From Bacteroidota bacterium (GTDB lineage: Bacteria; Bacteroidota; Bacteroidia; Flavobacteriales; Schleiferiaceae), in contig PZPA01000001.1 in NCBI GenBank assembly GCA_003045825.1, positions 1 to 61,417 on the forward strand: DNA of 61,417 nucleotides, in the 5' to 3' direction. Below, piece after piece: positions 38,897 through 53,072 of the stretch. The translations under genes and the position numbers were made by a program. Every line of letters begins with the position of its first letter. Positions within the stretch are counted from its first letter, which is position 1. Below the pieces are notes generated by a model that searched no databases, had not been told where the DNA came from, and saw nothing but the letters and a program-made list of their open reading frames with translations.

Positions 38897-39724
38897 CTAT
38901 TCTTCTGGCTCCCCTTCCATGAATTGGGCCATTACTAGATCGCTTACCCCCATATTCGAAAAACCGCCGTCATTGTAAAGGTTTTGCATGGTTACTCGTT
39001 TCGTTAGATCAGAGAACATTGCTACGATATAATTCGCACAATCTTCAGCAGTAGCGTTTCCGAGCGGAGACATCTTCTCTGCATAAGCAATAAACCCTCC
39101 GAAGCCTTTAACACCTGACCCAGCAGTGGTTGGTGTTGGGCTCTGAGAAATGGTATTTACGCGAACATTGTTACGAACACCCCAATGGTATCCAAAGCTG
39201 CGTGCGATACTTTCGAGGTAGCTCTTATTGTCCGCCATATCATTATAATCCGGGAAAGTACGCTGTGCTGCCATGTAGGTCAACCCTAAAATTGATCCCC
39301 ATTCGCTCATTGCATCATGGTTCCAAGCGCTCTGCATAACTTTGTGAAAACTAACAGCACTTACATCCCAACCTTTTTGAAGCCAGTCATAATTCAATTC
39401 AGTGTAGTGCTTGCCTTTACGGACATTTACACTCATACCAATACTATGAAGGATAAAGTCAATCTTACCTCCAAAGTGTTCCATGGCCCCTGTAATCAAC
39501 TTGTCCAAGTCTTCCATACTGGTGGCATCTGCAGCTATAATAGGTGCGTCAATAGCCTCCGCCAAATTGTTTAATTCACCCATGCGCATAGCAATAGGTG
39601 CATTAGTCAATACCACTTTACCGCCCTGTGCGTGGATCGCTTCCGCTGCCTTCCAAGCAATTGAATCTGCATTTAAAGCGCCAAATACAATACCGCATTT
39701 GCCACTGAGTAATCCGTTTGACAT
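38897..39724 (-). CDS. fabI: Enoyl-ACP reductase
   Basis: GALN..SIAW, ILHSIG, YNDMADNK and RVNTIS. Confidence 0.9.
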   Translation of the reverse strand: MSNGLLSGKCGIVFGALNADSIAWKAAEAIHAQGGKVVLTNAPIAMRMGELNNLAEAIDAPIIAADATSMEDLDKLITGAMEHFGGKIDFILHSIGMSVNVRKGKHYTELNYDWLQKGWDVSAVSFHKVMQSAWNHDAMSEWGSILGLTYMAAQRTFPDYNDMADNKSYLESIARSFGYHWGVRNNVRVNTISQSPTPTTAGSGVKGFGGFIAYAEKMSPLGNATAEDCANYIVAMFSDLTKRVTMQNLYNDGGFSNMGVSDLVMAQFMEGEPEE

Positions 39725-39759
39725 ATTCTTGTGTTTGTTATAAGTTGCTAAAATAGGTT

Positions 39760-41403
39760 TTACCTCGCTTTCAACAAGGCTTCTGCCTGATTCTTCGCAG
39801 CCTGGGTGATTTTAGCGCCGCTAAGCATTCGCGCAAGTTCTTCAATTCGCTCGTTAGGGGCGAGTGTATACACATTACTTTCTGTTGTTGTGTCGGTAGA
39901 CGATTTCGAAATCATCCAATGGGTAGAACCCTTTGAGGCTACTTGAGGTAAATGTGTAATCGTTATGATTTGTTGCGTTTGAGCCAATTGCGACATTAGG
40001 TTGCCCACTTTTTCTGCTGTGGCGCCACTTATACCAGTATCTATTTCATCAAAAATTTGACAACTCAAAGTAATGTGTTTACCTAAAGCAGCTTTCAACG
40101 CCAACTTAACTCGACTCTGCTCACCCCCAGACGCTACCTTATTTAAAGGCTCAAGCGGGCTCCCAGGGTTCGCGCTAAACATGAATTGAGGTTTGTACAA
40201 TCCGTAGGATGTCGCAGGTTGTTCTTGCCAGACCAATTCAATTTTCGCCTTGGACAGATCCACATCGCTCAAATACCCAGCGAGTGAACTTTGAATAAGT
40301 TCTGTAGCCTCCAAGCGCTTCGCATGAAGTTTGGTCCCGGCAGTTTTAATCGCTCCTTCAAGTTTGAGTTGCTCAGCTTTCAACGTCTTCAATAAAGCAT
40401 CTTTATCTTTTATTGATTTAATCTGAGCTCCTAGTGCATCAAACTTTTCTACCAAGGCCTCTGAATCAAGAACGCGATGCTTACGAATAAGCCCATCGAT
40501 TTGATTTTTTCGATCAATCAAGGCATCTACATCAACGGTCAGTTCGGCAGCTTTAATTCGTTCTCTGATTTCACGCTCGATGGATTGTGTATGTGTAATA
40601 ACCTCCAATAACTTCTCAAGTAATGGCTCCGTAGTTTCATCGCTTGTCGCTAAGCGTGCTAGTTTAGACTCAACGGTAAACAATTGGTCCAAAAGCTTCG
40701 ATTCCCCACCGATGAGATGGGCCAATTCATTGTATTGATCGTTGAAGTCGCTTGCATTTTTATTTAAACGAACCAATTCTTCAATTTCATCATATTCGCC
40801 CGGTTTTACATTGGCCTTATCGAGCTCGTGGAATAGGAACTCTAGGTAATCTAAATCGCTTGTGTCCGCTTGTTCAACAAGCAATTTCTGTTCGTGTATA
40901 ACATTTTTTAGAGCGGTAAATAGAGCATCATATTCAATACGTTCTTCCACTGATGCTACGAACGAATCAATCAGCTCCATTTGTTTAGCGATATCCGTAA
41001 GTAGACCGGAATCACTTTGACTGTTTATGTCAATATACTGGCCCGCAAAATGAGCTAAGTCCGCACTTTTAACAGGGGTGTCGTTGATAAAGGCCCTGGA
41101 TTTCCCATTGGGCAACAGCTCTCTTCGAAATACACTATGTGTATCAAAATCAATATCCTTCGAAAGAAATTCTGTTTCTAAATATTCCGGCAATACCACC
41201 TCAAGTTCAACAACAGCCTTACTCTTTTTGTCCTTGAGCACAGATTTTGCTGAAAGCCTTTGTCCTAAAGCCGCACCAAGTGCACCTAGTAGTATGCTCT
41301 TGCCCGCACCGGTTTCACCAGTCATCGCCGTCATTCCGCCGAGAATTGGAAGGTCCAACTCATCGATCAGGATGAAGTTTCGTATTCGTATTCTTTTCAG
41401 CAT
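39760..41403 (-). CDS. recN: DNA repair protein RecN
   Basis: TGETGAGKS, coiled coil, ASGGE, FDEIDTG and ITHLPQVA. Confidence 0.95.
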   Translation of the reverse strand: MLKRIRIRNFILIDELDLPILGGMTAMTGETGAGKSILLGALGAALGQRLSAKSVLKDKKSKAVVELEVVLPEYLETEFLSKDIDFDTHSVFRRELLPNGKSRAFINDTPVKSADLAHFAGQYIDINSQSDSGLLTDIAKQMELIDSFVASVEERIEYDALFTALKNVIHEQKLLVEQADTSDLDYLEFLFHELDKANVKPGEYDEIEELVRLNKNASDFNDQYNELAHLIGGESKLLDQLFTVESKLARLATSDETTEPLLEKLLEVITHTQSIEREIRERIKAAELTVDVDALIDRKNQIDGLIRKHRVLDSEALVEKFDALGAQIKSIKDKDALLKTLKAEQLKLEGAIKTAGTKLHAKRLEATELIQSSLAGYLSDVDLSKAKIELVWQEQPATSYGLYKPQFMFSANPGSPLEPLNKVASGGEQSRVKLALKAALGKHITLSCQIFDEIDTGISGATAEKVGNLMSQLAQTQQIITITHLPQVASKGSTHWMISKSSTDTTTESNVYTLAPNERIEELARMLSGAKITQAAKNQAEALLKAR

Positions 41404-42320
41404 TACTTTCCTCCTAAATCACCGTAGCTGCTTGCATGTGTGCGATCCAACCCCTCCAAAGTAGTCTGAAGCGTTTTGGTATCCACTCCCAAAGTTGCTG
41501 CTTCTGAGTACAAGGATAATATCTCCGTATTTTTCGCGTCGAAGAACAGGTTTAATAAATAACTATTGGGACGCTTTTGATTGGGAACCTCCAATGCTTT
41601 TAAGCTTGTTGTTATGGTTTCTAAAGCTTGCTTATGGTTTTCAGTCAAATACATAAGGTCTAATCCTTGACGGTGGTACATGTAAAGACACGTTTTCACT
41701 GGCTCAAAAACTGGACTCATTAAAGCATCCGTGATCCAAAATCTATTTTTCGTGCCATCGAAGCTCTTCCACCCGCTCGCGCCACCGCTGCTTTGCGCAG
41801 TTGTAACAATATTCTGTGCAATGGCAAATTCGGCATCTCCTCCATTAGCTTTAAACGTGCATCTGTCCAGACCAATGATGGTATACGCATAGAACGATAA
41901 AATAGAACTTAGGTTAGTGGTGTAGGTATTTTGTTGAAAATCTATAGGCTCATTCTCTTGGTAGCTAAAAACCACATCCTTGTCCAGCACTTTTAATACA
42001 GGTGAGTTGTAGTTGCTATTGTAAACTGGTCTTGAATATTGTACCTGCAAAGTTGCATCAAATCTATTGCCACTCAAGCTATTGACTGTCATGATATAGT
42101 TGCATTCGATACGTTCTTCATCACTGTATTTGTGGTCGGTAAATGCATAGCCGTTCAGGAAATTTTCCATCGACGTTTCGAGCGTTTGAAATATATCCTT
42201 GTTGGTCGCTTGAACCTCTGGGCTCAATACTTTAACTGTGGCACGTAGCTCTTGCGCATTACAGTGTCCTGCGAGGAGGTATAAAATGAAGACAAAGAGA
42301 ATTGACCGATTCATGCTCAT
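41403..42320 (-). CDS. DUF4835 family exported protein (PorD-like)
   Basis: Signal peptide ending AQEL, SRPVY, YHR.GLD and FFDAK. Sits between coaBC and recN. Confidence 0.75.
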   Translation of the reverse strand: MSMNRSILFVFILYLLAGHCNAQELRATVKVLSPEVQATNKDIFQTLETSMENFLNGYAFTDHKYSDEERIECNYIMTVNSLSGNRFDATLQVQYSRPVYNSNYNSPVLKVLDKDVVFSYQENEPIDFQQNTYTTNLSSILSFYAYTIIGLDRCTFKANGGDAEFAIAQNIVTTAQSSGGASGWKSFDGTKNRFWITDALMSPVFEPVKTCLYMYHRQGLDLMYLTENHKQALETITTSLKALEVPNQKRPNSYLLNLFFDAKNTEILSLYSEAATLGVDTKTLQTTLEGLDRTHASSYGDLGGK

Positions 42321-43540
42321 TGAAATTTTTCAATCAATGCCTCTAAAAGCTGTTTTCCTAAAAGCGATTTATCCATAAGTTCGAAGGACAGTTCTCCCCC
42401 ATCCTGGAAAAATATGTCGACGGCATTAGTATTGGATTCAAATCCAGTCTTAGAACTAAGCATATTCAAAATAATGGCATCCGCATTTTTCCGCACCAAC
42501 TTTTCTTTAGCATAATCCTCACCATTGTTCGTTTCTAACGCAAAACCTACCAATTTTTGATTGGGCTTCTTTGCAGCACCTAAAGCCGCCAGTATATCTG
42601 GTGTCTGTTCAAGTTGAAGACTCATAGTACCCGTCATAGATGTTTTCTTAAGTTTTTTATCTTCAGCATCTACGGGTGTAAAATCGCTAACCGCTGCTGT
42701 GCATATGGTTAAAACGGAGGAAGGGTAATATTCTTGCATCGCTGTTAACATCTCTTTCGCGCTAACAACACGAATAACCTGTAGACCTTTCAAATCTAAA
42801 GGGTGATGTGTTGGTCCTAATACAAGGGTTACAGTGGCACCCAAGGCTTTGGATGCTTGCGCCAGTGCAACACCCATTTGTCCTGTACTATTGTTACCAA
42901 TATACCGAACAGGGTCAATATGCTCATGCGTAGGTCCCGCATTGATAAGCACATTTTTACCGTACAATGGAAGTTGTTTCAGTAAGTGCGATGTGATAAA
43001 TTCACAAATAGCTTCGGGTTCTGCCATTCTTCCTTGCCCTATTAAACCACTAGCTAGTTCACCGTGTTCGGCCGGCAGGACCACTACCCCTCTGGATTCC
43101 AATACTTCTATGTTGGATGCAGTCGCGGCATTCTTGTACATGTCTAAATCCATGGCAGGGGCCACATAGACAGGGCACTTCGCACTCATGTATACAGCAG
43201 ACAACAAATCGTCGCAAGCGCCTGTAACAAGCTTTGAAAGTGTATTACTTGAAGTTGGCGCTATGAGCATAAGGTCGGCCCATAAACCCAAGTCTACATG
43301 GTTGTTCCATACACCATATTGCTCCTCTTCTTCCTTTAAGAAAGTACTGTAGACGGGACGTGTACTTAAAGTAGAAAGCGTCAATGGGGTGATGAAGTCC
43401 TTCGCAGCAGTGGTCATCACTACCTGGACTTCAGCACCCCATTTAATTAGTTCACGGACTAAATGAGCACTTTTGTAGGCCGCAATACTGCCGGAAACTC
43501 CAAGCAGTACCTTTCGCTTGTACAAAGGCCCTATTTCCAC
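42317..43540 (-). CDS. coaBC: Phosphopantothenoylcysteine decarboxylase/ligase
   Basis: GSIAAYK, APAMD, GPT.E.IDPVR, AAVSDF and GFALET. Confidence 0.95.
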   Translation of the reverse strand: MEIGPLYKRKVLLGVSGSIAAYKSAHLVRELIKWGAEVQVVMTTAAKDFITPLTLSTLSTRPVYSTFLKEEEEQYGVWNNHVDLGLWADLMLIAPTSSNTLSKLVTGACDDLLSAVYMSAKCPVYVAPAMDLDMYKNAATASNIEVLESRGVVVLPAEHGELASGLIGQGRMAEPEAICEFITSHLLKQLPLYGKNVLINAGPTHEHIDPVRYIGNNSTGQMGVALAQASKALGATVTLVLGPTHHPLDLKGLQVIRVVSAKEMLTAMQEYYPSSVLTICTAAVSDFTPVDAEDKKLKKTSMTGTMSLQLEQTPDILAALGAAKKPNQKLVGFALETNNGEDYAKEKLVRKNADAIILNMLSSKTGFESNTNAVDIFFQDGGELSFELMDKSLLGKQLLEALIEKFQ

Positions 43541-43543
43541 GAT

Positions 43544-43870
43544 CTATTTCTCTTCTTCGTTCTCTTTGCGGTAGTAGATACGATCTTCTAACCACTCTTG
43601 AAGGGCCATTGCAGTTGGCTTCGGCAAGCTTTCGTAAAACTTACTCACCTCAATTTGCTCTTTATTCTCGAAAATCTCTTCTAGAGATTCTGTGGAAGAA
43701 GCAAATTCCTGCAGTTTTGCGTGCAGCTCCTCGCGAGTAATGTCATTGATTTGCTCAGCACGCTTTGAGATAATGGTCAATGCTTCGTAGATATTATCCG
43801 TAGGTGCATCAATAGCGTTAGTGTTGTGCGTTCGCGTATTCTTGTCCGCTTGCATCTTTTTATAATCCAT
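43544..43870 (-). CDS. rpoZ: RNA polymerase omega subunit (Bacteroidetes type)
   Basis: NIYE...ISKRA.QI and EQIEVSKFYE.LPKP. Lies between bamD and coaBC. Confidence 0.85.
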   Translation of the reverse strand: MDYKKMQADKNTRTHNTNAIDAPTDNIYEALTIISKRAEQINDITREELHAKLQEFASSTESLEEIFENKEQIEVSKFYESLPKPTAMALQEWLEDRIYYRKENEEEK

Positions 43871-43884
43871 AGGAAATCAGGAAT

Positions 43885-44652
43885 TTAGTGTATCAATTTA
43901 CGTAAATCTTCGAGGCGATCACTAGTTGGGAACGCTTCTTCAAAATCATTTAATGCTGTTTTGGCCTCTGTAAATCTTTCATCTTGTAGCGCTTCGAGGC
44001 TGTTATTTGCCAATTTGAAGGCCGATAACGTTTTATAATACAAGGCGTCTTCACGGTATGGCGTATCCGGGTATTCACTAACGGTTGTAGTGAACGCCGT
44101 CATAGCTGCTTTGTACTGTCTAGTCTTGTAATATTGAAAGGCAATCTCATAGCTCTTCAACTCTAGTTTACTTCTAAGTTCCTCCATGTAAGCATTACAA
44201 TCTTCTAGCTTATCAGAATTTGGATGAGTATTAATGTAGAGTTGAATCTCGTTAATTGCTTTAAACGTGTAGGCTTGGTCTAGACTGTGCTTTGGGGCTT
44301 CCAAATAGTAACAGTAGGCCGTTAAATACGCGGCTTCATCCGCCTGTTCATTTTGAGGGAATGTCTTGTAGAAATTCTTGAAATGGTAGCCAGCTAGGAT
44401 GTAGTTTTTCTGCAAATACAGTGTGTTCGCATAATAAAAGTACACTTCTTGCGCTTTGTGCGTTCCGCGGTATAGCGAGATTAATTCGTCAAAAATAGGA
44501 TAAGCCTTGTTATACTCTCCTGCGTCGTAGTATTCTACGGCTTTCGAGAATTTATAATCAAGGTCTTTACTTTTAAGAACCTCTTGGTATTCGCCGCAGT
44601 TTGTCAAAACAAAGGCAAATAGCAGGTATGTAGCTAGTCTAATCAATTTCAT
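43885..44652 (-). CDS. bamD: Outer membrane assembly lipoprotein BamD
   Basis: Lipobox LTNC, TPR repeats, LDQ..T..A and YPDT. Confidence 0.88.
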   Translation of the reverse strand: MKLIRLATYLLFAFVLTNCGEYQEVLKSKDLDYKFSKAVEYYDAGEYNKAYPIFDELISLYRGTHKAQEVYFYYANTLYLQKNYILAGYHFKNFYKTFPQNEQADEAAYLTAYCYYLEAPKHSLDQAYTFKAINEIQLYINTHPNSDKLEDCNAYMEELRSKLELKSYEIAFQYYKTRQYKAAMTAFTTTVSEYPDTPYREDALYYKTLSAFKLANNSLEALQDERFTEAKTALNDFEEAFPTSDRLEDLRKLIH

Positions 44653-44673
44653 GAACGCGCAAAGATACGATTT

Positions 44674-45699
44674 TTAGTGAAGTTGTAGAGTGGAAATATC
44701 GTCCAAATCCTCTCCGTTCTTCGCCCTGGCTAAAATACCTTCTACAAGGTCTTCAGTGTAGTCCGGCCATGCCCTTTTAACAGAATTTTCTGAAATGAAA
44801 AAACGTTTGAAAATATCTACCGCTAAGGCATTGAGCTGATAAAATACCATAGCGCCTTCCCGCTCTGCACATACGGCATTCGCGGCTTGCTCGTATTGTC
44901 CTGATATTGGTGAAAGCAACACTTTTTTACCTAAAAACATTGCTTCAGAGGGACCTTCAAAACCCGCACTGCAAATAATACCCTTTGATTTCGCTAATGA
45001 ATCTGTAAACAACTTATTATCAATACTTAAAAAGGTCGTATTTAAAGTGTCAATTATCACTTCGTCTCTAGAGAAAATTACAAACTGTTCGTCGGGAAAC
45101 TGCTGAAACCAGTGCGCCAATGTGGTTGCACTATAGGCCGGCAAGTACACTACGTAATGATCACCATTTATAGGAGTTAATTTACGAACATCACCTCTAA
45201 TGATCGGTGGTAAAATAAAGGAATCATAGGCACTGAAATGAAAACCAATTTTAAACGCACTGGGTGACATGTAGCGCAAAATGAACTCCCATAGCCATAC
45301 ACTCCTAGGCGGACGCGGTGTTCGTGAGGACCAGTACGCCGCCTGGTGACTAAGCTGTAAACTCTTAACTCCTCTAAGTAAACAAGCATATGAAGTGATG
45401 GCTTCAAAATCGATAATCACCAGGTCGTACCCTTTAACGGGAAGCGTGTAAACATCCCTTATGAATCGTAAGGGTTTGTTTCCAAAGAAACTTTTCCAGT
45501 AGCTTACTCCCCCACTGGAATTATACTTCATGGTTAATCCAAATTTCTTAAATCGGATAGGATACTCCAAGGCAATCTGACTTTGGGTACCTGCTACGAG
45601 GACATCTAAATCACATCGACTTGCTAAAATCGGCACAATTTCTCTTGCCCTTGCAACATGGCCGTTTCCGGTGCCTTGCAGTGCATATAATACCTTCAT
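44674..45699 (-). CDS. GT-B glycosyltransferase (MJ1255/VC2487-like)
   Basis: QGTGNGH, DFE, VYLP, AGF...SEA and GQYEQ..NA. Confidence 0.82.
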   Translation of the reverse strand: MKVLYALQGTGNGHVARAREIVPILASRCDLDVLVAGTQSQIALEYPIRFKKFGLTMKYNSSGGVSYWKSFFGNKPLRFIRDVYTLPVKGYDLVIIDFEAITSYACLLRGVKSLQLSHQAAYWSSRTPRPPRSVWLWEFILRYMSPSAFKIGFHFSAYDSFILPPIIRGDVRKLTPINGDHYVVYLPAYSATTLAHWFQQFPDEQFVIFSRDEVIIDTLNTTFLSIDNKLFTDSLAKSKGIICSAGFEGPSEAMFLGKKVLLSPISGQYEQAANAVCAEREGAMVFYQLNALAVDIFKRFFISENSVKRAWPDYTEDLVEGILARAKNGEDLDDISTLQLH

Positions 45700-45707
45700 A
45701 ACCCCGT

Positions 45708-46596
45708 TTAGACCAAGCTAAGGACCTCTAAACTTGCTATTAAGGAGTTTTTAAGGTCACTCGACGCCTCTACTAAAGGAAGTCTAACTGCGGCCGTCGT
45801 GATGCCTCGTGCTTCTAGAAGTGCTTTGATTCCCACTGGATTGCCTTCTTCGAACAATTGATTTGTTAAGTCGTAGAGACTAAGGTGTGCTGCGCGTGCC
45901 TGTATCCATTGGCCTGCTGATAAATGGTTAACCATAGTACAGAAGACTTCTGGAACACCCTGCCCACTCACAGAAATAACTCCTTCAGCTCCTAGGGCCA
46001 TCATAGCAAAGGTGAGGTTATCATCCCCGGAAATTACTTGAAAGTCTGCAGGTCGTTCGAGCAAAATTTCTGTGATTTGATCAAGATTACCACTCGCCTC
46101 TTTTATTGCGACAATGTTACCAAAGTTCTTAGCCAAACGAACGGTTGTCTGCGCACTCATGTTACTGCTTGTTCTTCCTGGAACATTATACAATATTAAT
46201 GGCAAGGGGCTCGCGGCACTTAATGCTGCATAATGCTGGTAAATACCTTCTTGTGAAGGTTTGTTGTAATATGGACTTGCGCTCAGAATTGCAGAAACGC
46301 CGTCAGTATTAAACGCTTCCAGCTCTTCAACCAAAGCATGAGTATTGTTACCGCCAATTCCAAAAACAACAGGAATTCTACCCGCTGTTACCTTTAGTAC
46401 GAACTGCAGTACCAGCTGCTTTTCATCCACTGATAAAACTGGATTTTCAGCCGTTGTGCCGTTGACAACGAAGTAGTTCACGCCATTTGAGATGCAGTGC
46501 TCTAAGAGGCGTTCAAGTGCTGTATAATCTACACTTTTTGTCTCATTACGCTGAAACGGAGTAACCAGTGCAACACCGACTCCTGATAGGTCTAAT

Positions 46597-46604
<8 letters not shown>
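45708..46604 (-). CDS. dapA: 4-hydroxy-tetrahydrodipicolinate synthase
   Basis: ALVTPF, GTTAE, PYYNKP, LYNVPGRT and IKEASG. Confidence 0.95.
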
Positions 46605-49899
<3,295 letters not shown>

Positions 49900-49938
49900 C
49901 ACTGCCGAAAATACGACTTGCACCACTACCTTTGTCTC

Positions 49939-50946
49939 ATGTCACACGCCAAGTTTCTCACACGTTGCTTACAATTGGCCACTTATGCCAACGGGCGAAC
50001 AGCTCCTAATCCTATGGTGGGTGCTGTGATCGTTCATGACGGCGTAATTATTGGTGAAGGTTACCATCAAAAAGCTGGCGATCCGCACGCCGAAGTAATG
50101 GCAATAAATAGCGTTGAGGATAAATCTCTGCTCGCCTCAAGCACCTTATACTGCAGTTTGGAACCTTGTGCGCATTTTGGTAAAACACCGCCTTGTAGTC
50201 TCTTAATAACGAACAGTCGTATTCCCAAGGTGGTCGTGGGTTGTAGCGACAGCAACAAGCTTGTTAATGGAAAAGGGGTCGAACATTTAAAATCCCACGG
50301 CGTCGAGGTAGTATTTTCTGAATATCCAACGCTGTTCCGTCAGTTAAACCGCGTCTTTTTCTGTAATAAGGACTTGAATAGACCCTATGTAACTGCAAAA
50401 TGGGCACAGTCTTCGGACGGATACCTCGATAGAGTGCGGCAACCAGATGAAAGTGCATCCCGTATCTCCGGTCCATTGGCTTCCGTTAAATCTCACCAAT
50501 TGCGCGCATCTGTCGACGGTATCCTTATTTCTGCGAAAACTTTGAATTGGGATCGACCGTCTCTTACGACTCGTCGTTACCAAGGCACGAATCCACGTCC
50601 TATAATAGTAGTATCCTCTGCCTTGCCTCATATGGAAGCCATAGCTCAATTATCTTCCGCTCCCATATTTGTTGGAAATGTAGCTTCGCTTGATGGCGAT
50701 ACCATTGTCTGCAACCCGTATGATATCCCGGCGTGGCTTCCTCAACTCATGACTTATGGCATACATCATGTTTTGGTCGAGGGTGGTGGCCGAGTTTTAC
50801 AATCGTTTTTTGATTCAGGCTGCGTTGACGAATGGCACCGCTACACCTCTGTAAACGCCCTCAGTGAAGGAATTCCTGCCCCAACGCTAAATGCGTCTGG
50901 AGCATCCTATAAGCTAGGCATAGATCATTATGAACGCGGTGAGTGA
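49939..50946 (+). CDS. ribD: Riboflavin biosynthesis deaminase/reductase
   Basis: PNPMVG, HAE, LEPCAH.GKTPPC and VEGG. ATG 49939 directly follows a TACCTTTG -7 element. Confidence 0.94.
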   Translation: MSHAKFLTRCLQLATYANGRTAPNPMVGAVIVHDGVIIGEGYHQKAGDPHAEVMAINSVEDKSLLASSTLYCSLEPCAHFGKTPPCSLLITNSRIPKVVVGCSDSNKLVNGKGVEHLKSHGVEVVFSEYPTLFRQLNRVFFCNKDLNRPYVTAKWAQSSDGYLDRVRQPDESASRISGPLASVKSHQLRASVDGILISAKTLNWDRPSLTTRRYQGTNPRPIIVVSSALPHMEAIAQLSSAPIFVGNVASLDGDTIVCNPYDIPAWLPQLMTYGIHHVLVEGGGRVLQSFFDSGCVDEWHRYTSVNALSEGIPAPTLNASGASYKLGIDHYERGE

Positions 50947-51553
50947 TCGATATTTCACCGTCGAAAAACCGTCTAAAGGGGTTTTCAAATCAAAGGGAAG
51001 CAAATTCTATGGCTACCTCTTTCATTGTGAGAATGAAGAAAGTTTTAAGGCCCAATTAGAATACATAAAAGCTCAAGAACCCGCCGCTCGTCATCACTGT
51101 TGGGCCTTTCGTATTCAACCCGAAGCAACTACGGAGCGGAGCTCGGACGATGGTGAACCTGCCCATACAGCAGGTACACCTATTCTTCGCGCTTTGATAA
51201 GTCATGAATTGGTCAATATTGCTTGCGTGGTGGTGCGCTATTTCGGAGGAACCAAATTAGGTGTGCCCGGATTGATCGAGGCTTATGGCGAAGCCACTGT
51301 GGATGCGATACATGCAAATAAACGTGCAGAGAAATTTTTAACGAAACAGCTCCGGCTCAGTTTTTCTTATGACCAAATGTCTTTTGTCGAGCGTATTATC
51401 AAACAATCGGACCTTTATGTGCTCGAAAGAAATCAAGGGCTATCTTTAACCTATACTGTTGAGGTATTGCAAAGTGAATACGAACAAATAAGGGACCAAT
51501 TTGAAAAGAATCATCACATTATCATTCATACTAGCGGTAATTCCGGGATTTAG
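50930..51553 (+). CDS. IMPACT/YigZ family protein
   Basis: KGSKF, HHCWA, DDGEP..TAG and RYFGGTKLG..GL..AY. Confidence 0.92.
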   Translation: MNAVSDRYFTVEKPSKGVFKSKGSKFYGYLFHCENEESFKAQLEYIKAQEPAARHHCWAFRIQPEATTERSSDDGEPAHTAGTPILRALISHELVNIACVVVRYFGGTKLGVPGLIEAYGEATVDAIHANKRAEKFLTKQLRLSFSYDQMSFVERIIKQSDLYVLERNQGLSLTYTVEVLQSEYEQIRDQFEKNHHIIIHTSGNSGI

Positions 51554-53072
51554 TCAAGAGCTACTATCAACGAAATTATTTTATCAAACGACCACGCCGC
51601 ATGCTACCTATGAGCGTTATGAGTATTATTTAGGCGGTCAAAAACTCCTAGAAGAGCAGCTACTGCTCGTGTATGACCAGAGCGGTGATCTACTCAAATC
51701 ACGTTCAACACTGGGTACAGTTAAAAAAGAACTTTTACCCACACAATCCGCATATCCCCTTCTATTTATAAATGATCAATGGTCGGCAGTGTTCGCAGAT
51801 ACGCTTCTTGCAGGCGCAACACACAGCGTAAGGTATCTATCCTTGGATGGATCTGTACTTTTAGAACGTGATTTAACGGCTCACTTTATTGATACCACCG
51901 TTAACGTAAGAGTCTTTAGTCCAGACCCTCTGACTCCTTACAACTTAACTTATGGTGGAGTTTACACAGACCTTAATGATGCAAATGGCGGCGTTCTAGA
52001 CTCTTTAACCATCATCGATACCCTTACCGTTGATAAAGTTGCGGATACTACGTTTCTGAGAAATGATTTTATTGAGATTGTAGATTTCGATCCGCCATAT
52101 TTCCTGCCCAGCACTTCACCTCAAGATTGGACAGGTGGCAGGTCGGCTCCTGAATTTGAGCAGGTAATGTGTGTTTATCATGTTACGGCCCTCTCTCGTT
52201 ATCTTCATACGTTGGGCTACTCTAATATAATGACGTACACTATACAGGCCGATGCACAGGCTTTAAATGGTCAAGACAACAGTATGTTTAATTTTGGCTA
52301 TTCACCACCTCGATTGTATTTCGGCGAGGGTGGCGTTGACGACGCAGAGGATGCTGATGTCATCATCCATGAATTTGGTCATGCTATTTCACATGGCGCT
52401 GCTCCTGGAACGAATCTAGGTATGCAAAGAAGGAGTTTTGACGAATCCTTTGGCGATTATCTAGCGGAGCGATATGGTAGGCGAATAGGCGTTACTAGCA
52501 CGCGCGTCTTTGATTGGGACGGCAATAATGAATTTTGGAACGGCCGGAGTGTTTCTTATGATGGTGTGAAGAACTACAACCAATTAATCTTTAGTTCCAT
52601 CTACCAACATACCGACATCATGTCAAGTGCCATGTTGGAATTCAGCGCTAATCCTAATGTAGGCGGTTCTGTGGCAGATGAGATCATTCTAGAAGGCGTT
52701 CATTCTTTAATGCCAAACCAGTCCTTTAGACAAATAGCTCAGAACTTTATCTGGGCGGATTCTTTACTCTATAACGGTGCTCATTACAATGCAATAACCT
52801 CGGCGTTCGGGTCGCCTAAAAATATACTTGCTACTAATTCAATAGCCCCATCACCAACTGAAAGAAATGGCGTGTTTATTATGCACACACCTGATGGAAA
52901 AGTGCTTAGAACAGAGGAAGGTGAGGAAGCTGTGATCACCCTTTTTAATTGGTCTGGCCAACTTCTTTGGAGTAAAACATCCCTTGGACAACTACCATTG
53001 CCTGAAGGCACCCAAGGTGTACTTCAGGTTCAATACAAAAGCGGCGATCAACATACCATCAAGACAAATTAA
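51501..53072 (+). CDS. Secreted zinc metallopeptidase (M36/M4-like) with probable T9SS C-terminal domain
   Basis: Signal peptide, DAEDADVIIHEFGH...DESFGDY and C-terminal ITLFNWSGQLL. Confidence 0.75.
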   Translation: MKRIITLSFILAVIPGFSQELLSTKLFYQTTTPHATYERYEYYLGGQKLLEEQLLLVYDQSGDLLKSRSTLGTVKKELLPTQSAYPLLFINDQWSAVFADTLLAGATHSVRYLSLDGSVLLERDLTAHFIDTTVNVRVFSPDPLTPYNLTYGGVYTDLNDANGGVLDSLTIIDTLTVDKVADTTFLRNDFIEIVDFDPPYFLPSTSPQDWTGGRSAPEFEQVMCVYHVTALSRYLHTLGYSNIMTYTIQADAQALNGQDNSMFNFGYSPPRLYFGEGGVDDAEDADVIIHEFGHAISHGAAPGTNLGMQRRSFDESFGDYLAERYGRRIGVTSTRVFDWDGNNEFWNGRSVSYDGVKNYNQLIFSSIYQHTDIMSSAMLEFSANPNVGGSVADEIILEGVHSLMPNQSFRQIAQNFIWADSLLYNGAHYNAITSAFGSPKNILATNSIAPSPTERNGVFIMHTPDGKVLRTEEGEEAVITLFNWSGQLLWSKTSLGQLPLPEGTQGVLQVQYKSGDQHTIKTN

